This document shows, one piece after another, positions 45,475 to 57,826 of a DNA stretch of 64,000 nt. A program made the position numbers and the translations under genes. Positions within the stretch are counted from its first letter, which is position 1, and every line of letters begins with the position of its first letter. Location of the stretch: positions 10,912,001-10,976,000 of the forward strand of contig NC_058382.1 in NCBI RefSeq assembly GCF_018350175.1. The letters run 5' to 3'. This DNA comes from Felis catus (taxonomy: Eukaryota). The notes under the pieces were generated by a model. The model saw only the letters and a list, made by a program, of their open reading frames with translations. It made no database searches and was not told the DNA's origin.

Positions 45475-46191
45475 TTTTCTTTTCTTTTTTTTTAAAGTAG
45501 GCTTCATGCCCAGCATGGAGCCCAATGCAGGGCTTGAACTCACGGTCCTATGATCAACACCTGAGCTCAACACCTGAGCCGGGGCGCCTGGGTGGCTCAG
45601 TCGGTTAAGCATCTGACTTCAGTTCAGGTCAAGATCTCGCGGTCCGTGAGTTCGAGCCCCATGTCAGGCTCTGTGCTGACAGCTCGGAGCCTGGAGCCTG
45701 CTTCGGATTCTTTGTCTCCCTCTCCCTCTCCCCCTGCCCCTCCCCCGCCTCAAAAATAAAATAAACACTAAAAAAAAAAAATTAAAGACCTGAGCCGAGA
45801 TCATGAATTGGAAGCTTAACTGACTGAGCCACCCAGCTGCCCCTATTTTTACCAGTTCTAATGGTATATTTCTAGTAGCTCTGGTAATGCTGTATTATTC
45901 CTAAAAGTACAAGTTTTCCTGGCTTGTCACCTGCTCCATGATGCCATTCTAACCCCTCGATTAAGATCATAACCCTCACTATGGGGCTCCCGGGTGGCTC
46001 AGTTAGTTAAGCATCTGACTCTTGATTTTGACTCTTGATTTTGGCTCGGGTCATGATCTCATAGTTTGTGAGATCTGACGGCACAGAGCCTGCTTGGGAT
46101 TCTCTCTCTCCTCTCTCTGCCCCTCCCCGGCTCACGTTCTCTCCCCTCCTCTCTCCCTCAAAAATAAATAAACTTAACAACAACAAAAAAA
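45475..46191. mobile_element. Nested and adjacent CAN-SINEs (minus SINEC split by plus SINEC_Fc 45580-45787; plus SINEC 45983-46191)
   Basis: SINEC consensus; TSDs acctgagcc and aagatcataa. Confidence 0.85.
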
Positions 46192-46596
46192 GATCATAAT
46201 TTCCACTTCCACTCCCAGTCCTCCTACTCGCCGTATTTGTTTCCCCATAGCGCTTGCCACCTTGGAACTTAACTTACTCTATTTTTACTGTTACTGCCTC
46301 CAATTAGTATGTGAGCCCCAGGAAGGCGAGGATTTTTATCTCTTTTTCCCTGCATATCCCCAGTGCCCGGAACAAGCGGCTGGCACACAGTACCTGCTCT
46401 GTAAATATCTGTTTCATTAATAGGGGAGACCCAGTACACGACAGGAACAAAGGAATGTCCATATTTTGGTTACTATGAGGGACTAGGGTCAGTTTCACTT
46501 CAGAGTTCTTAAATAAAGAGGGACGGAGTCTTTGGTTCGGCCAGTGATTTCCAAACTGTTAGGTAGTCTCACGTTCTCTTAATAATCCCAGAGCCT

Positions 46597-46772
46597 GGGG
46601 GCGCCTGGGTGGCTCCGTGGGTTAAGTGTCTGACTTCGGTGAAGTGTCTTGACTTCCGCTCAGGTCATCATCCCGTGGTGTGTTCCTGAGTTCGAGCCCT
46701 GCACTGGGCTCTGTGCTGACAGCTCAGAGCCTGGAGCCTGTCTCCCTCTGTCTCTGCCCCTCCCCCACTTGT

Positions 46773-46828
<56 letters not shown>

Positions 46829-47350
46829 TCTGTCTCAAAAATAAACAAACATAGGGGCGCCTGGGTGGCGCAGTCGGTTAAGCGTCCGACTTCAGCCAGG
46901 TCACGATCTCGCGGTCCGTGGGTTCGAGCCCCGCGTCGGGCTCTGGGCTGATGGCTCAGAGCCTGGAGCCTGTTTCCGATTCTGTGTCTCCCTCTCTCTC
47001 TGCTCCTCCCCCGTTCATGCTCTGTCTCTCTCTGTCCCAAAAATAAATAAACGTTGAAAAAAAAATTAAAAAAAAAATAAACAAACATAAAAAAAATAAT
47101 AATCCCAGGGGCACCTGGGTGGCTCAGTCGGTTAAGTGTCTGACTTTGGCTCAGGTCAGGATCTCACTGTTCATGAGTTCAAGCCCCGCATCAGGCTCTG
47201 TGCTGATGGCTCAGATCCTGGAGCCTGCTTCAGATTCTGCGTGTGTGTGTGTGTCTCTCTCTGCCCCTCCCTGCTCATGCTCTGACTCTCTGTCTCTCAA
47301 AAATAAATAAACATTGAAAAAAAAATTTTTTTTAATAAACATTGAAAAAA
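46597..47350 (+). mobile_element. Three head-to-tail or nested SINEC_Fc elements
   Basis: Heads at ~46598, 46855 and 47108; repeated target aataatcccag. Confidence 0.9.
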
Positions 47351-48904
47351 ATAATAATCCCAGAGACTGAACACTGAGCCTCTCCTTGGTGCCTAGCTGA
47401 CACTGAGCCCTGTACCAAGGTTGATCTCAGTGAATCATCAACCAGCCCGTGGGTGGGTATTGTTATTATCTGCATTTTACAGCGGAGGAAACTGAGGCAC
47501 CGAGGGTTAAGCACCCTGCCTATGGGCACATAGGGAAAAGTGGGAAAGCTGGGGTGTCTGCAGGCCCTGCCTGGATTCTTTCTGCATCTTGAATCTCTAG
47601 ATCCTGAGGATTTGGATGATTCCTATCACTAGGGAGCTGTTGGGAAGGAAAATTTGAGAGGGAGGCAGAGCCCAGCAGACCCTGAGGCCAAAAAGCCGAG
47701 AAAGGGGCCTGGATGAATCAAGGTTGTGGACCGAATGGTGGCAGGAGTGGGGGTGGAGAGGGTGGGGGACAGAAGCAGCAGGACCAGGAACAGAGCTCTG
47801 GTAAGAAGCCACCGATTCCTGCGGGACGGTGGACCAGTGCATTCCCTGAGCACCTGCTCTGTGCCCAGCCCTGTGCTGCCGTGACCCTGACAGCCCTATC
47901 CCTGGGATGGAGGCGCCCCGAGGGCGGGGGTTGGTGGGGACATCACCGTGAGTCAGAGTGAGGGGGCCCAGGCATCCACTTTTTGTTGCCTTTCTCCTTT
48001 CTTTGCTTTCTCCTGCTGTAGTTGACATTGTCTCCAACTTCTTAAGATGTGCACTTAGCTTGCGAATTGTTAGCCTTCCTCCTTTCTTTGTGCATTGATG
48101 GGAACGGGTTCTCCCTAGACCTCCTGCACCGCGCTGTCCTCCCAGGCTGTCCCTTTACCTTCATGTGGGGATTCCTTTTGCCTCGCTTCCGGGGCTACGC
48201 TTAGTTCTTTGATCCGATAGCTCCCTTTTTCTTCGTTCACTGTTTTCATATTGGAGAAGCAAATCCTCCGGTAGCTTCCTGAGAAGGGTTCCCGGACAGG
48301 TATTTTTGCTTTTGCAGACTTGCGCCTCTCACAGAAAGGTTTTCAGCAGGGGAGTGATGTGGTCTGATTTCTGTTTGGAGCAGTCTCTCTGGCTACCGTG
48401 GAAAGGATAGAGCCAGAAGAGCTAAACTAGGCCAGTTGAGCCAAGTGCGGAGGCTGGAGCATCTGTGCCTTCGAGGAGAGGTCCCAGCCTTCCAGAAACC
48501 CACAGGGTGGAGGGGAGATGGGCCCTCACCCAGGTCATTGTCATTCCGCAGTGACAGGTGACAGGTGCTGCCAGAGGAGGCCTCAGGAGGAAGAGATCCT
48601 GAATAGCTTGGGAGGGCACTCCCGAATAATTCCTGGAGGAGGTGCTGGGGGCAGGCTTTCCCCACGGGGGCTTGTCTGGAACCAGCCAGCTTTTCCCAAG
48701 AGGTCCCCAGTAGCCCAAGGGAAGAAGGGCAGTGTGGCAGGGTTAGGAGTTTGTTCCAACAAATATGCGTCGCATATCTCTGATGTGTTAGGGCATTGCC
48801 TCTCCAATTTAAACGTGCATACGAATCCCCAAGAGAGTTTGTCAAAGGGCACATTCCGACTCAGCAGGTGTAGGGCAGAGCCCGAGACTATGAGACTACG
48901 TTCC

Positions 48905-48994
48905 CTTTTTTTTTTTTTTTCATTTTTTATTGTATTTACTTATTCTTTTAAGTTTATTTATTTTGAGAGAGAGAGCAGGGGAGGGGAAGAGAGA

Positions 48995-49046
<52 letters not shown>

Positions 49047-49180
49047 CCCAAGCAGGCTCCTCACTGTCAAGCACAGAGCTCGACCTGGGGCTCAAACTCA
49101 CAAACTGTAAGATCATGACCTGAGCCGAAATCAAGAGTCAGAGGCTTAAAGCTTAACCGACTGAACCACTCGGGTGCCCC
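48905..49180 (-). mobile_element. CAN-SINE with (GA)n, inserted in a MER5-like remnant
   Basis: SINEC body; TSD agactac. Confidence 0.85.
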
Positions 49181-49409
49181 AAGACTACATTGCTAACACA
49201 CTCCCAGGGGCCACTGTTCCAGGGAGAACGGTCTGAGTCGCCAAGTGCTCAGTGCTGTTCTAAAAGCTGGGGATCTAGCAGTGAAGTAAAGTGGACGAAA
49301 CCACCAGTCCTGCGGGAGCTTGCGTTTTAGTGAGGGGAGACCGACAAACTTTATAGACAAAGTTTATAGTATATTAGATAGTGATATGTGCTAAGGAAAA
49401 AAGCAAATC

Positions 49410-49632
49410 GGGGGCCCCTGGATGGCTCCGTCGGTTGAGCATCCGACTCTTGATTTCAGCTCAGGCCATGATCGCAGGATCATGAGATCGAGCCCCCCCA
49501 TGGGGCTCTGTACTGAGCTTGGAGTCTGCTTAGGATTCTCAGTCCCTCTCCCTTTGCCCCTCTCCCCTGCTTACATGCGCTCGCGCTCTCTCTTCTCTCT
49601 CTCTCTCTTTCTCAAAAAAAAAAAAAAAAAAA
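49410..49632 (+). mobile_element. CAN-SINE
   Basis: SINEC body; TSD aaatcggg. Confidence 0.85.
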
Positions 49633-50379
49633 TCGGGAAGGGAAAGGAGGATGTATGTGGCTGTTGCTGGGGGGACTGCAGTTTTTGAGGACGGAGTAAC
49701 TTGATCCACACAAAGTGCTGCTCGGTGAATAAAGCTGCTGGTACTTCGTGAACTCCTTTCACAAAGCTGTGTCTGAGGGCAATTACTTCGCCCTTCTGTG
49801 CCTCCACTTCCTTGAAACGAGGTCAGAAATGGCGAGGTGATGTGAGAATGAAGTGAGTTAATATCCGTAAAACGCTCCGAGCCAAGCCTGGCAACCAGCG
49901 AGTGCTCGAGGGTGAACCGCCGTCGTTGATCGACATTTTCTCTCCTGATACATTCATGTGGGTCACGACTGTTTATTTGGACGTCTGCCCCCTTTCTCAT
50001 GAGCTCCTCGTGGTGAGCTCAGTGTCATCTCTGTGTCCCCAGCGCCCAACTCCAAGCCAGCACACAGGAGGGCCTCTGAATGTCAGCTAGGGGATTCTCC
50101 AACTGTTGGGATCTTTCCACCACGGGTGTTGATGGTGTGGTTCAGTTCCTTACTAATTTCATCTGTCCAGCCCGTCTCTTCTGGGGAGATGCTTTGCGGT
50201 TTCCCACCACAATTGTGGAGTGGCCAGACTGTTTGCCGTCCTGTTTTCTGGCTTTATATATTTTGACGCCAGCGTGTTATTAGCATGGATCGGGAACGTT
50301 CGTCTATGATGGGTCGGTTTGTTTTGTTACCAACTTTGTGTGTACCGATACCTCTTGCTTTTGTCAGATGCTGCTATTT

Positions 50380-50622
50380 CTTTTTTCTTTCTTTTTTTCT
50401 TTAAACGTTTTAAGGTTTGTTTATCTATTTTGAGAGCGAATGCACGTGGGCTTGCGCTTTCAGGGTTGCACAAGCGGAGGAGCGGGGGAGGGGCAGAGAG
50501 AGAGAATCGCAAGCAGGCTCCCTGCCGTGGGACTTGAACCCATAAACCACGAGATCGCGAGATCATGACCTGAGCCGCAAGCAGGAGTCCATTGCTTCAC
50601 CGACTGAGCCACCCAGGGGCCC
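50380..50622 (-). mobile_element. CAN-SINE
   Basis: SINEC body on the reverse strand. Confidence 0.8.
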
Positions 50623-51889
50623 CGCCGTTTTTTTTTAAACGGTATTGGCACTCTTCTACTTGTCTCTTGGTTCGTATTTGTCTGGTCTTTTTCTTTTCTT
50701 TTCTTTTCTTTTCAACTTTCAGTCTTCTGGGTCACGATGTTTTACAGTATTGGACCTTCATGGAGCATTCTCTGAAAGCTGACCTCGGGTAGGGCCATGT
50801 GGAGGGTTCAGTGTGTGGGAAGTTAGAAAATTCTGCCCCAGTGACCTCGGACACAGACAGAATCTGGCTGTGAAACAGAGTCTACACTGCCAGGCCTCGT
50901 AAAGTTTAAGACAGGGAGCTGCAGGGGAGGTCCATCCATTCAGTCTCAACGCTGGGCAGTGCTGCTGGGGACACCGTAATGACCATGACTGCTCTGGCCC
51001 TTCTGGGTTCACTGTCCAGCAGAAGAGACAAATCCATCTGTAGAGACAGTGATGACTCAGCATGGGCAGGGCTGGGACTCGTCCGAGATCCTTCTCTGGG
51101 CAGGTGGGAGGTTTCCCCGGAAGGGAGCTCAGGCAAGCCCTCCCTGTTACATTTACATTTGAGCAAAGCAAATGGATTAAAGGACTGAGCCACGTGGAGA
51201 TCTGGAGGGAGAGCATTCCAGTTAGTGGGAAGAACCAATGCAAAGACCATGGAAGGGAAGAGTTCGGTGACTTTGAGGAGTCACAGCAAGGCGCCCGAGG
51301 GGGGGAGCGCAGAGGGGGAGTCTGATCCAGGCTCGGAGATTCGCTTCTTAGAGAAAGGAATGGCGGAGCTAGTACCCCAGAGAATATATAGCAAAGCAAT
51401 GGGGCACAGCGTTCTAGAATCAGATTCCCTGGATTCCTATCCCTGCTCCCACTCGCACCAGTTCTGCGTAGGCCACCTGTCTGGCTTCTGTTTCTTTATT
51501 CTTACACTGGAGAGGATAATAGTTTCTACTGAGGGTCAGACAGGGTTGCAAGTACTCAAACCACTCTCTATGCCAGATCTGGTGCCCTCCGGGGTCCACT
51601 GGGGGTGTGGAGGAGTGAGGAGGGGTGAGGTTGGACTTGTAGGGTACCGGGGCTTTTTCCCAAGGGCACCAGGGAGTCATTCATGGTAGGTTTTGTACAG
51701 GGTAGTGACAGGGTCAGGTTTGTGCTTGAAGATCCTTCTGGCTGTGATGTGCAGGATTGGTGGAAGCAGGCACGGCTGGGGCAGGGTGGTGGAAGGACAG
51801 ACAGGTGACACTTGGACAGATGGCTGCAGTGGAGTCACTTTGGATATCTCTTCAATCAGCCTGGCTTTGTAAGGATCTAGGTGAGCCCT

Positions 51890-52095
51890 GTTTAGTAGAA
51901 ACATAAAGCGAGCCGTATGGGTAATTTAAAATCTTCTAGTAGCCACATTTTTTAAAAAGTCAAAAGAAAGAGATGAAGTTAATTTTAAGTAATTTATTTA
52001 AATTATATCCTAAGTATTATCATTTTAACAGGTAACTAATATTTAAAAAGCATTATTGAAAGTATTTAATATTCTTTCCTTGTACTAAGTCTGAG
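51890..52095. mobile_element. MER3/MER33-like hAT-Charlie fragment
   Basis: gtaatttaaaatcttctagtagccacatttt...aaaagaaa signature. Confidence 0.6.
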
Positions 52096-52599
52096 TCAGA
52101 TTTGGGGCGCCTGGTTGCAAAGGCTGAATGGAGAGGTCCATTTGGACACACAGCTTGAGCCTTGAATGCCAAGCCCAGAGGCTTTTAGACTCAGTGCCGC
52201 GACAGAGGTGGGGAAGGCGGGTGGGGAGGCATCGCAGAGTTCTGCCATTTGTTTTTCAAGGATGATGTGATCCCGCTGCCCAGCTGCCCAGTTTCCCCCA
52301 CTGGAAATCTCGGTCTCCAGGGTTCCCAACCAAACCTGGGCACTCAGATCTTTCTGCCCGGTTCCTTCTGCCCTCAATCCTGAAGCTGCCCGGCCCTTTA
52401 AATCTCAACTGTCAATCGGGGCTCCTGTTTAGAGGGAAAGCCGTGTAATGTACCTATCCCTGAATACCGTGGCCTCTGTCCTGGCCTTGATCCTCCGTTT
52501 TAGCAAGAAGTTGGGAATTGTTCCACGCTCTCTTACACTCCGCTGTTTCCACACCCCCTTCACCTCTCGCCTACTCCTCCCTCTTTCGAAGTTAGGCCC

Positions 52600-52830
52600 C
52601 TTCGCCAAGCCATTCCTTATATGGGCATGGCCCCGAACGGCAGCCGCTCATTGGCTGGGGGCGTCACGCGCGCGTCTGTCAACAAAGGGGCGGAGAGAAA
52701 GTAGTCGCGCGCCACCACGCGACGTCCGGAGAGAAGGAGTGAGGGGGCGGGCCCTCGTCTCTTGCGCGCGCATGCGTATGTGCTGCCTCCCTCTCCCGCC
52801 GCAGGGGGGCGGGGCTCGAGGGTGAGGGCC
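52600..52830 (+). promoter_or_regulatory. Intronic CpG-rich promoter, candidate alternative first exon of FBXO46
   Basis: CArG CCTTATATGG 52615-52624, ATTGG 52650-52654, GC boxes, NRF1 GCGCATGCG 52768-52776, donor GAGG|gtgagg after 52821, then G/T-skewed sequence. Confidence 0.65.
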
Positions 52831-54161
52831 CTTTGGGGGCGTGTCTAGGTTTCGGGGGTCGTCCGAATGGGGGGACAGTTCAAAATTTGGGGCTCCCTTC
52901 GCAGTTAATTGTTATTTGGGGGCTTGAGAAAGTGTTTGCGTGGGTGTGGGGGATACTTGGGGTTCCCTTGAGCTTAGGGGGAGCCTTGGGGTTTGGGTTT
53001 GGGTTCGTTCGTAATGTGGAAGTTTCGGTTGTATTGTAGGGGTCTCCTTTGTGGTTTGAGATGTCTGGTGGGTTTGCGATTTGAGGAGCTCACGGAGAGA
53101 CTTAGGAACAAAATAAAGAATCCAGGGGTACCGATGCTGGAGCCAGAATGCCTGGGCTTTCGCCGCCTCAACTTCTTCCTACCTGTCTGACCCTCGATTT
53201 GGGGTTAAACCTTTCTGTGTCTCATCTGGACACAGGAACTAATTAATACGCTAACCTGCTTCATCGGGACCGAGGAGGATTAGCAGGAATTGTTAGAACA
53301 GTATCTAATAAGCTCCAGCGAACACGCAATAAGCACATGTCAGTTGTGAGGATTCTTTGGGAGCATTTGGGGGTTTGGGGGACTTTGAAAAATATAAGGT
53401 TTGGGATTAGTCTTATGTGTTAGGGAGCTTTTATGTTTTAGGTTGTTTTTTGTTTTTTTTTTTTTTCAGTCGAAGGGCTTGTGTGGAATTAGGAAATACA
53501 TGTAGAGGTTTAGGAAGTATTTGAAGGGGAGTATAGGATTTCAGGAGACTCCTCTTTTGGGGGTATCTGTGAGGTTGGGAAATCACTGTGAATATCGGAG
53601 TCCTTGGTAGACATGGGATTTGCGAGGGGTTCCTTGAGATTGGAGCCTTCTGTGCTGGAGGGGATATTTATAGGTTTAGGAATTTAAATTAGGTTTGGAG
53701 AGAGTCTGGATATTTGGGGGAAGGCATATATTCTGAAGATAAGGGTAGGGTCTGAATGGAGGATTTCAGAGGGTAGCCAAGTTGTAGAGTGATCTGTAGA
53801 GCATCTATAGAAAATGGCTTTTGCTATGTTTGTGTGTCTATTCCTGAGCATTTGGATGTATTGATGAATGGTAGACTTCGTCCTCTATAGGTTTTAGGGG
53901 TTGTATGGTGATTCTTGTTTGAAACAAAGAACTGGGATTTCAGCAGGGGTTGTAAGTATTTGAGGGGAAGGTGGGATCATGGATTATGAGGGATAAGTAT
54001 TTTTAGGATTAGGACTCTCTTTGTGACTGGTGTCTGTGGGTGTTTGGAGGCTGTCTGGATTTTGAATGCTGTCCACAGGACCACGAAATGATGGAATTTT
54101 TAGTGGTGTCTGTGGAATTGCCTGAATTTAGAATTCGGGACCCCTGGAATAGTCTGTAGTG

Positions 54162-54346
54162 CAGGGGTCAGCTGACTTTTTCTATAAAGGGCCAGATAAT
54201 GAGTATTTTAGACTTTGCAAGGCCGTATGTCCTCTGTTGCAACTCTTCTGCCATTGTAGTATGCAAGCAGCCATAGGTAGATGAGCATGTTTCAGTAAAA
54301 CTTTATTTGCAGAGACAGGCAATGGGCTGTAGTTTGCTGACCCCTG
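54162..54346. mobile_element. MER58A-like hAT-Charlie MITE
   Basis: TIRs caggggtcagc ... gctgacccctg; internal aagggccagata...aaaactttattt. Confidence 0.8.
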
Positions 54347-55366
54347 GTCTATGGGCACGTGGGAGGTTGGAGGTTTGGAGAGTATTTTGGTTTCAAGATG
54401 CCTGGAGGGAGATGGGCCCAGGGAACGATTGAGACGGAGGGATGTGCTGCCTGGTGGTCCTGCAGTGCAAAGCGGTCACGTCAGACTCAGTGGCAGAATT
54501 GTCTCCAGAGTGGGTCATGCACAAAGTCGTCGCAAAATAAAACGGTCGTCATTAAGAGAGCCCTGAATTGAAAAGTCCTGAAACCAAGTTTGAGGGCCTG
54601 GTGTTACGCCAAGTAAACCCTTCCCCACTCAGTTGACCTGTGTCCACCAGAGCAGGCCTTCTTATCCCAGAGGTCTGTGGCTGTGCCTAACGGAACTAAT
54701 CACCTGCACGGTCTTGTGCGAGTGTGTGCGTTCTTTCTGGGCGAGGACACACAGCTTTGAGGGTGTCTCAGGGAGCCCCACGACTTGAACAAAGTGAAGA
54801 GCCGATTTCTTAAGGGCCTGGCTGGCTGTGACCTTGGATTTTCTCCCCCTGCCCAGCCTACCTCATTCCTTCCTCCGTGGGCTCAAGTAGCCGTAGCTGT
54901 GGGTAGGGCTGGGAATTCTTGTCTTTTGAGGAACTGGCTGTTGGGTGAGCAAGGAGACAAAGGAGGACCTGTCAGTTGCTGCTTTCACTAGAGTCCAGGG
55001 TTATGGTAGCAGGAGACCTCTGGATCGTGAGTGAGGGCAGTCGGGCCACGGAGTACGACCTGCATGGTTGCGACAGGCTGCCGGCTCTGGTTACCTTCTG
55101 GGTGTTTAAAGACCGGCTCTCATCCCCTCTGCAGCCCTCCCTTTGCTCACCTGTGCAGCGGGGCAGGAGTAGAGTTCTCAGTGGTCTAAGTTGGTCTGTC
55201 CCCTCAGAAGAGGTTGAGGCCGGGGTGGTAGGAGGAGGGCAAGCTATTCCCCCACCTCCCCAACCTCCTCTTCCCTGTCTCCAGGTGGCCTGCGGAGCCT
55301 CCCCTGACCATCCAGGCAGGTCCTGAAATGCGGTGAACCCCGGCCTGTCTGCTACCGTTTCCCAGG

Positions 55367-57178
55367 ATGGACCGCAGCGGCCTCCTGCCCTTCCAGCTCT
55401 GGTGCCCCCGGCCCTTTGGCACCTACTCCCAGAACCAGCCGCGCCCGCCTGCCGCGGCCCTCAAGCCATCAGCCTGCCCAGAGCCGGGCAGCGGGGCCGA
55501 GCCAGACCACGGGCCTGCCCACTCAGAGAACACCCCGCCCACCTTGGCCACGGAGGCCCCTGCCTCCCAGCCTGCCCCGCTCCTCTCCGCAGCAGCTGCT
55601 GGCGATGAGGGGCGAGTCCTGCTGGACACGTGGTACGTGATCAAGCCCGGGAATACAAAGGAGAAGGTGGCCTTCTTTGTGGCCCACCAGTGTGGTGGGG
55701 GCAGCCGGGCCAGCTCCATGAAGGTCAAGGGGCACTGGGGCAGTGACAGCTCCAAGGCCAAGCGGAGGAGGCGCTGTCTTGAGCCTACTAAGGCTCCACC
55801 GGACCCAGGGGGCCGAGAGGGGCCCCCTGCCACTGAAGGGGCCCCGGCCTCAGCTGGTGAGGATGTAGACCTGCTCTCTGTGGCCGAGATGGTGGCCCTG
55901 GTGGAACAGCGGGCCGCCCTGGCCCTGCAGAACTACCCACGCCCCGGCACCCCGGCGCCTGTGGTCTTCGTGTCGGCTGAGCAGGGTGGGCCTGCCAAAG
56001 GGCTGGGGTCCGAGCGGAGGTCTGGTGGCGGGGACTGTAGCCGCGTAGCTGAGGCAGTGGCCCACTTTGAGGCCCAGCGGGACAGCCCTCCAGCCAAAGG
56101 CCTCCGCAAAGAGGAGCGGCCTGGGCCCGGCCCAGGGGAGGTGCGCATCGCCTTTCGTATCTCCAACGGCCGAGAGCCCCGGGCGCCCGACGGCAGCTTG
56201 CCCAACGGGAGCAGCGGCCGGCCCGGTTGTGCCTACCCTGGCAGCCCAGGCCCCGGGGCCCGAGCCAAGGACAAGATCACCTGTGACCTGTACCAGCTCA
56301 TCAGCCCCTCTCGGGATGCCCTGCCCAGCAATGTGGAGTTCCTTCTGGCTCGGGCGGATGAAGCCAGCGAGGGGGAGAGCCCGGTCCCTGCCAGGCCTGA
56401 GGACACTCCCCCGGCGCCCCCTCCACCCCCTGCCCGGGACTGCGGCGCGTCAGGCTTCCACGTGGACGTGGTAGTGACGGGTGTGGTGGACGAGTGCATC
56501 TTCTTTGGCAAGGATGGCACCAAGAATGTGAAAGAGGAGACGGTGTGCCTGACGGTCAGCCCCGAGGAGCCGCCCCCACCGGGCCAGCTCTTCTTCCTCC
56601 AGTCCCGGGGTCCGGACGGGCCCCCCGAGCCGCCCCCAGCCGACTCCCCCACCACCGCGCCAGGCCCGGACGACGCTGAGGGGACAGCGGACACCTCCCT
56701 GTGCCGCCTGTATCGGCACGTGTCGCACGACTTCCTGGAGATCCGCTTCAAGATCCAGCGGCTGCTGNNNNNNNNNNNNNNNNNNNNNNNNNNNNNNNNN
56801 NNNNNNNNNNNNNNNNNNNNNNNNNNNNNNNNNNNNNNNNNNNNNNNNNNNNNNNNNNNNNNNNNNNNNNNNNNNNNNNNNNNNNNNNNNNNNNNNNNNN
56901 NNNNNNNNNNNNNNNNNNNNNNNNNNNNNNNNNNNNNNNATCGCGATGACCCTTGCAAGCAGTGCCGCAAGAGATACGAGAAGGGTGACGTGTCGCTCTG
57001 CCGCTGGCACCCGAAGCCCTACCACCACGACCTGCCTTACGGACGTTCCTACTGGATGTGCTGCCGCCGAGCGGACCGCGAGACGCCTGGCTGCCGCCTG
57101 GGTCTGCACGATAACAACTGGGTGCTGCCCTGCAACGGGCCGGGCGGGGGCCGGGCCGGCCGGGAGGAAGGGAGGTGA
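55367..57178 (+). CDS. FBXO46: F-box protein 46, 603 aa, single coding exon (acceptor before 55285); F-box domain inside an N gap
   Basis: MDRSGLLPFQLWCPRPF, LDTWYVIKPGNTKEKVAFFVAH, C-terminal DDPCKQC...CRWHPKPYHHDLPYGRSYWMCC...GLHDNNW (FBXO34/46 family); synteny. Confidence 0.96.
   Translation: MDRSGLLPFQLWCPRPFGTYSQNQPRPPAAALKPSACPEPGSGAEPDHGPAHSENTPPTLATEAPASQPAPLLSAAAAGDEGRVLLDTWYVIKPGNTKEKVAFFVAHQCGGGSRASSMKVKGHWGSDSSKAKRRRRCLEPTKAPPDPGGREGPPATEGAPASAGEDVDLLSVAEMVALVEQRAALALQNYPRPGTPAPVVFVSAEQGGPAKGLGSERRSGGGDCSRVAEAVAHFEAQRDSPPAKGLRKEERPGPGPGEVRIAFRISNGREPRAPDGSLPNGSSGRPGCAYPGSPGPGARAKDKITCDLYQLISPSRDALPSNVEFLLARADEASEGESPVPARPEDTPPAPPPPPARDCGASGFHVDVVVTGVVDECIFFGKDGTKNVKEETVCLTVSPEEPPPPGQLFFLQSRGPDGPPEPPPADSPTTAPGPDDAEGTADTSLCRLYRHVSHDFLEIRFKIQRLLXXXXXXXXXXXXXXXXXXXXXXXXXXXXXXXXXXXXXXXXXXXXXXXXXXXXXXXXXXRDDPCKQCRKRYEKGDVSLCRWHPKPYHHDLPYGRSYWMCCRRADRETPGCRLGLHDNNWVLPCNGPGGGRAGREEGR
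56768..56939. other. Assembly gap (172 N) within the FBXO46 CDS
   Basis: N run; reading frame preserved across it. Confidence 0.99.
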
Positions 57179-57733
57179 AGCCGGGGGAGGGGTGGGGGGA
57201 GAGCCCACCGTGCCCACCCCTCCCCCTGCCCCCTGGGAGCCCAGGGCCAGGACTGGGCGGTGTTGATCCCCTTCCAGAACCGAGATGGGGTTCAGGGGGA
57301 TGATTGAGAAGGCACTCCGACCGACCCGACCCCTATTGGTTTTCTACTCTTCAGACCCAGGGCCCGTGGACCCCTCGAGCAGGGTGGTTTTTATCAGCAT
57401 CTCAGTTTCTTCTCCGTTCAGCCCCAACACCCTCCTTGCCACTCCACACCCCAGGGACCCACCAGCAGGGAGCAGACGGCAGCTAATTTTGGTACTACTT
57501 AAGGGTTCCCCCATTCTGGCCCCCTTCTGCTGCACCCCCCGCCCCCATCCCATGCCAGCCAGTTCTTTGTCTCTGGAGCTGTGTTCTCCCAAGAGGCTGC
57601 AGCATGCAAAGCCAGTATCTCTCCTGACCTGCCACACCAGGGCTCACCTCCTCTTTAGGAATTGGGGGCCATCAGATCACAGATCGGATGTGGCACTTTT
57701 CACGGCAACCTGCCATTTCTAGACGTTTTCCCC

Positions 57734-57826
57734 ATTAAAACAATAAAAAAAAAAAAAAAAATCACTGTTTTCTTCTTAACCTAAAGCTACCAGTCTCTTC
57801 GCTTCCCCTAAAGAAGAGAAAATAAA
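57734..57826 (+). terminator. FBXO46 candidate poly(A) signals (ATTAAA ~57734, AATAAA 57742 and 57821)
   Basis: Hexamers in the 3'UTR; the genomic A-run next to them could also cause internal priming. Confidence 0.5.
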
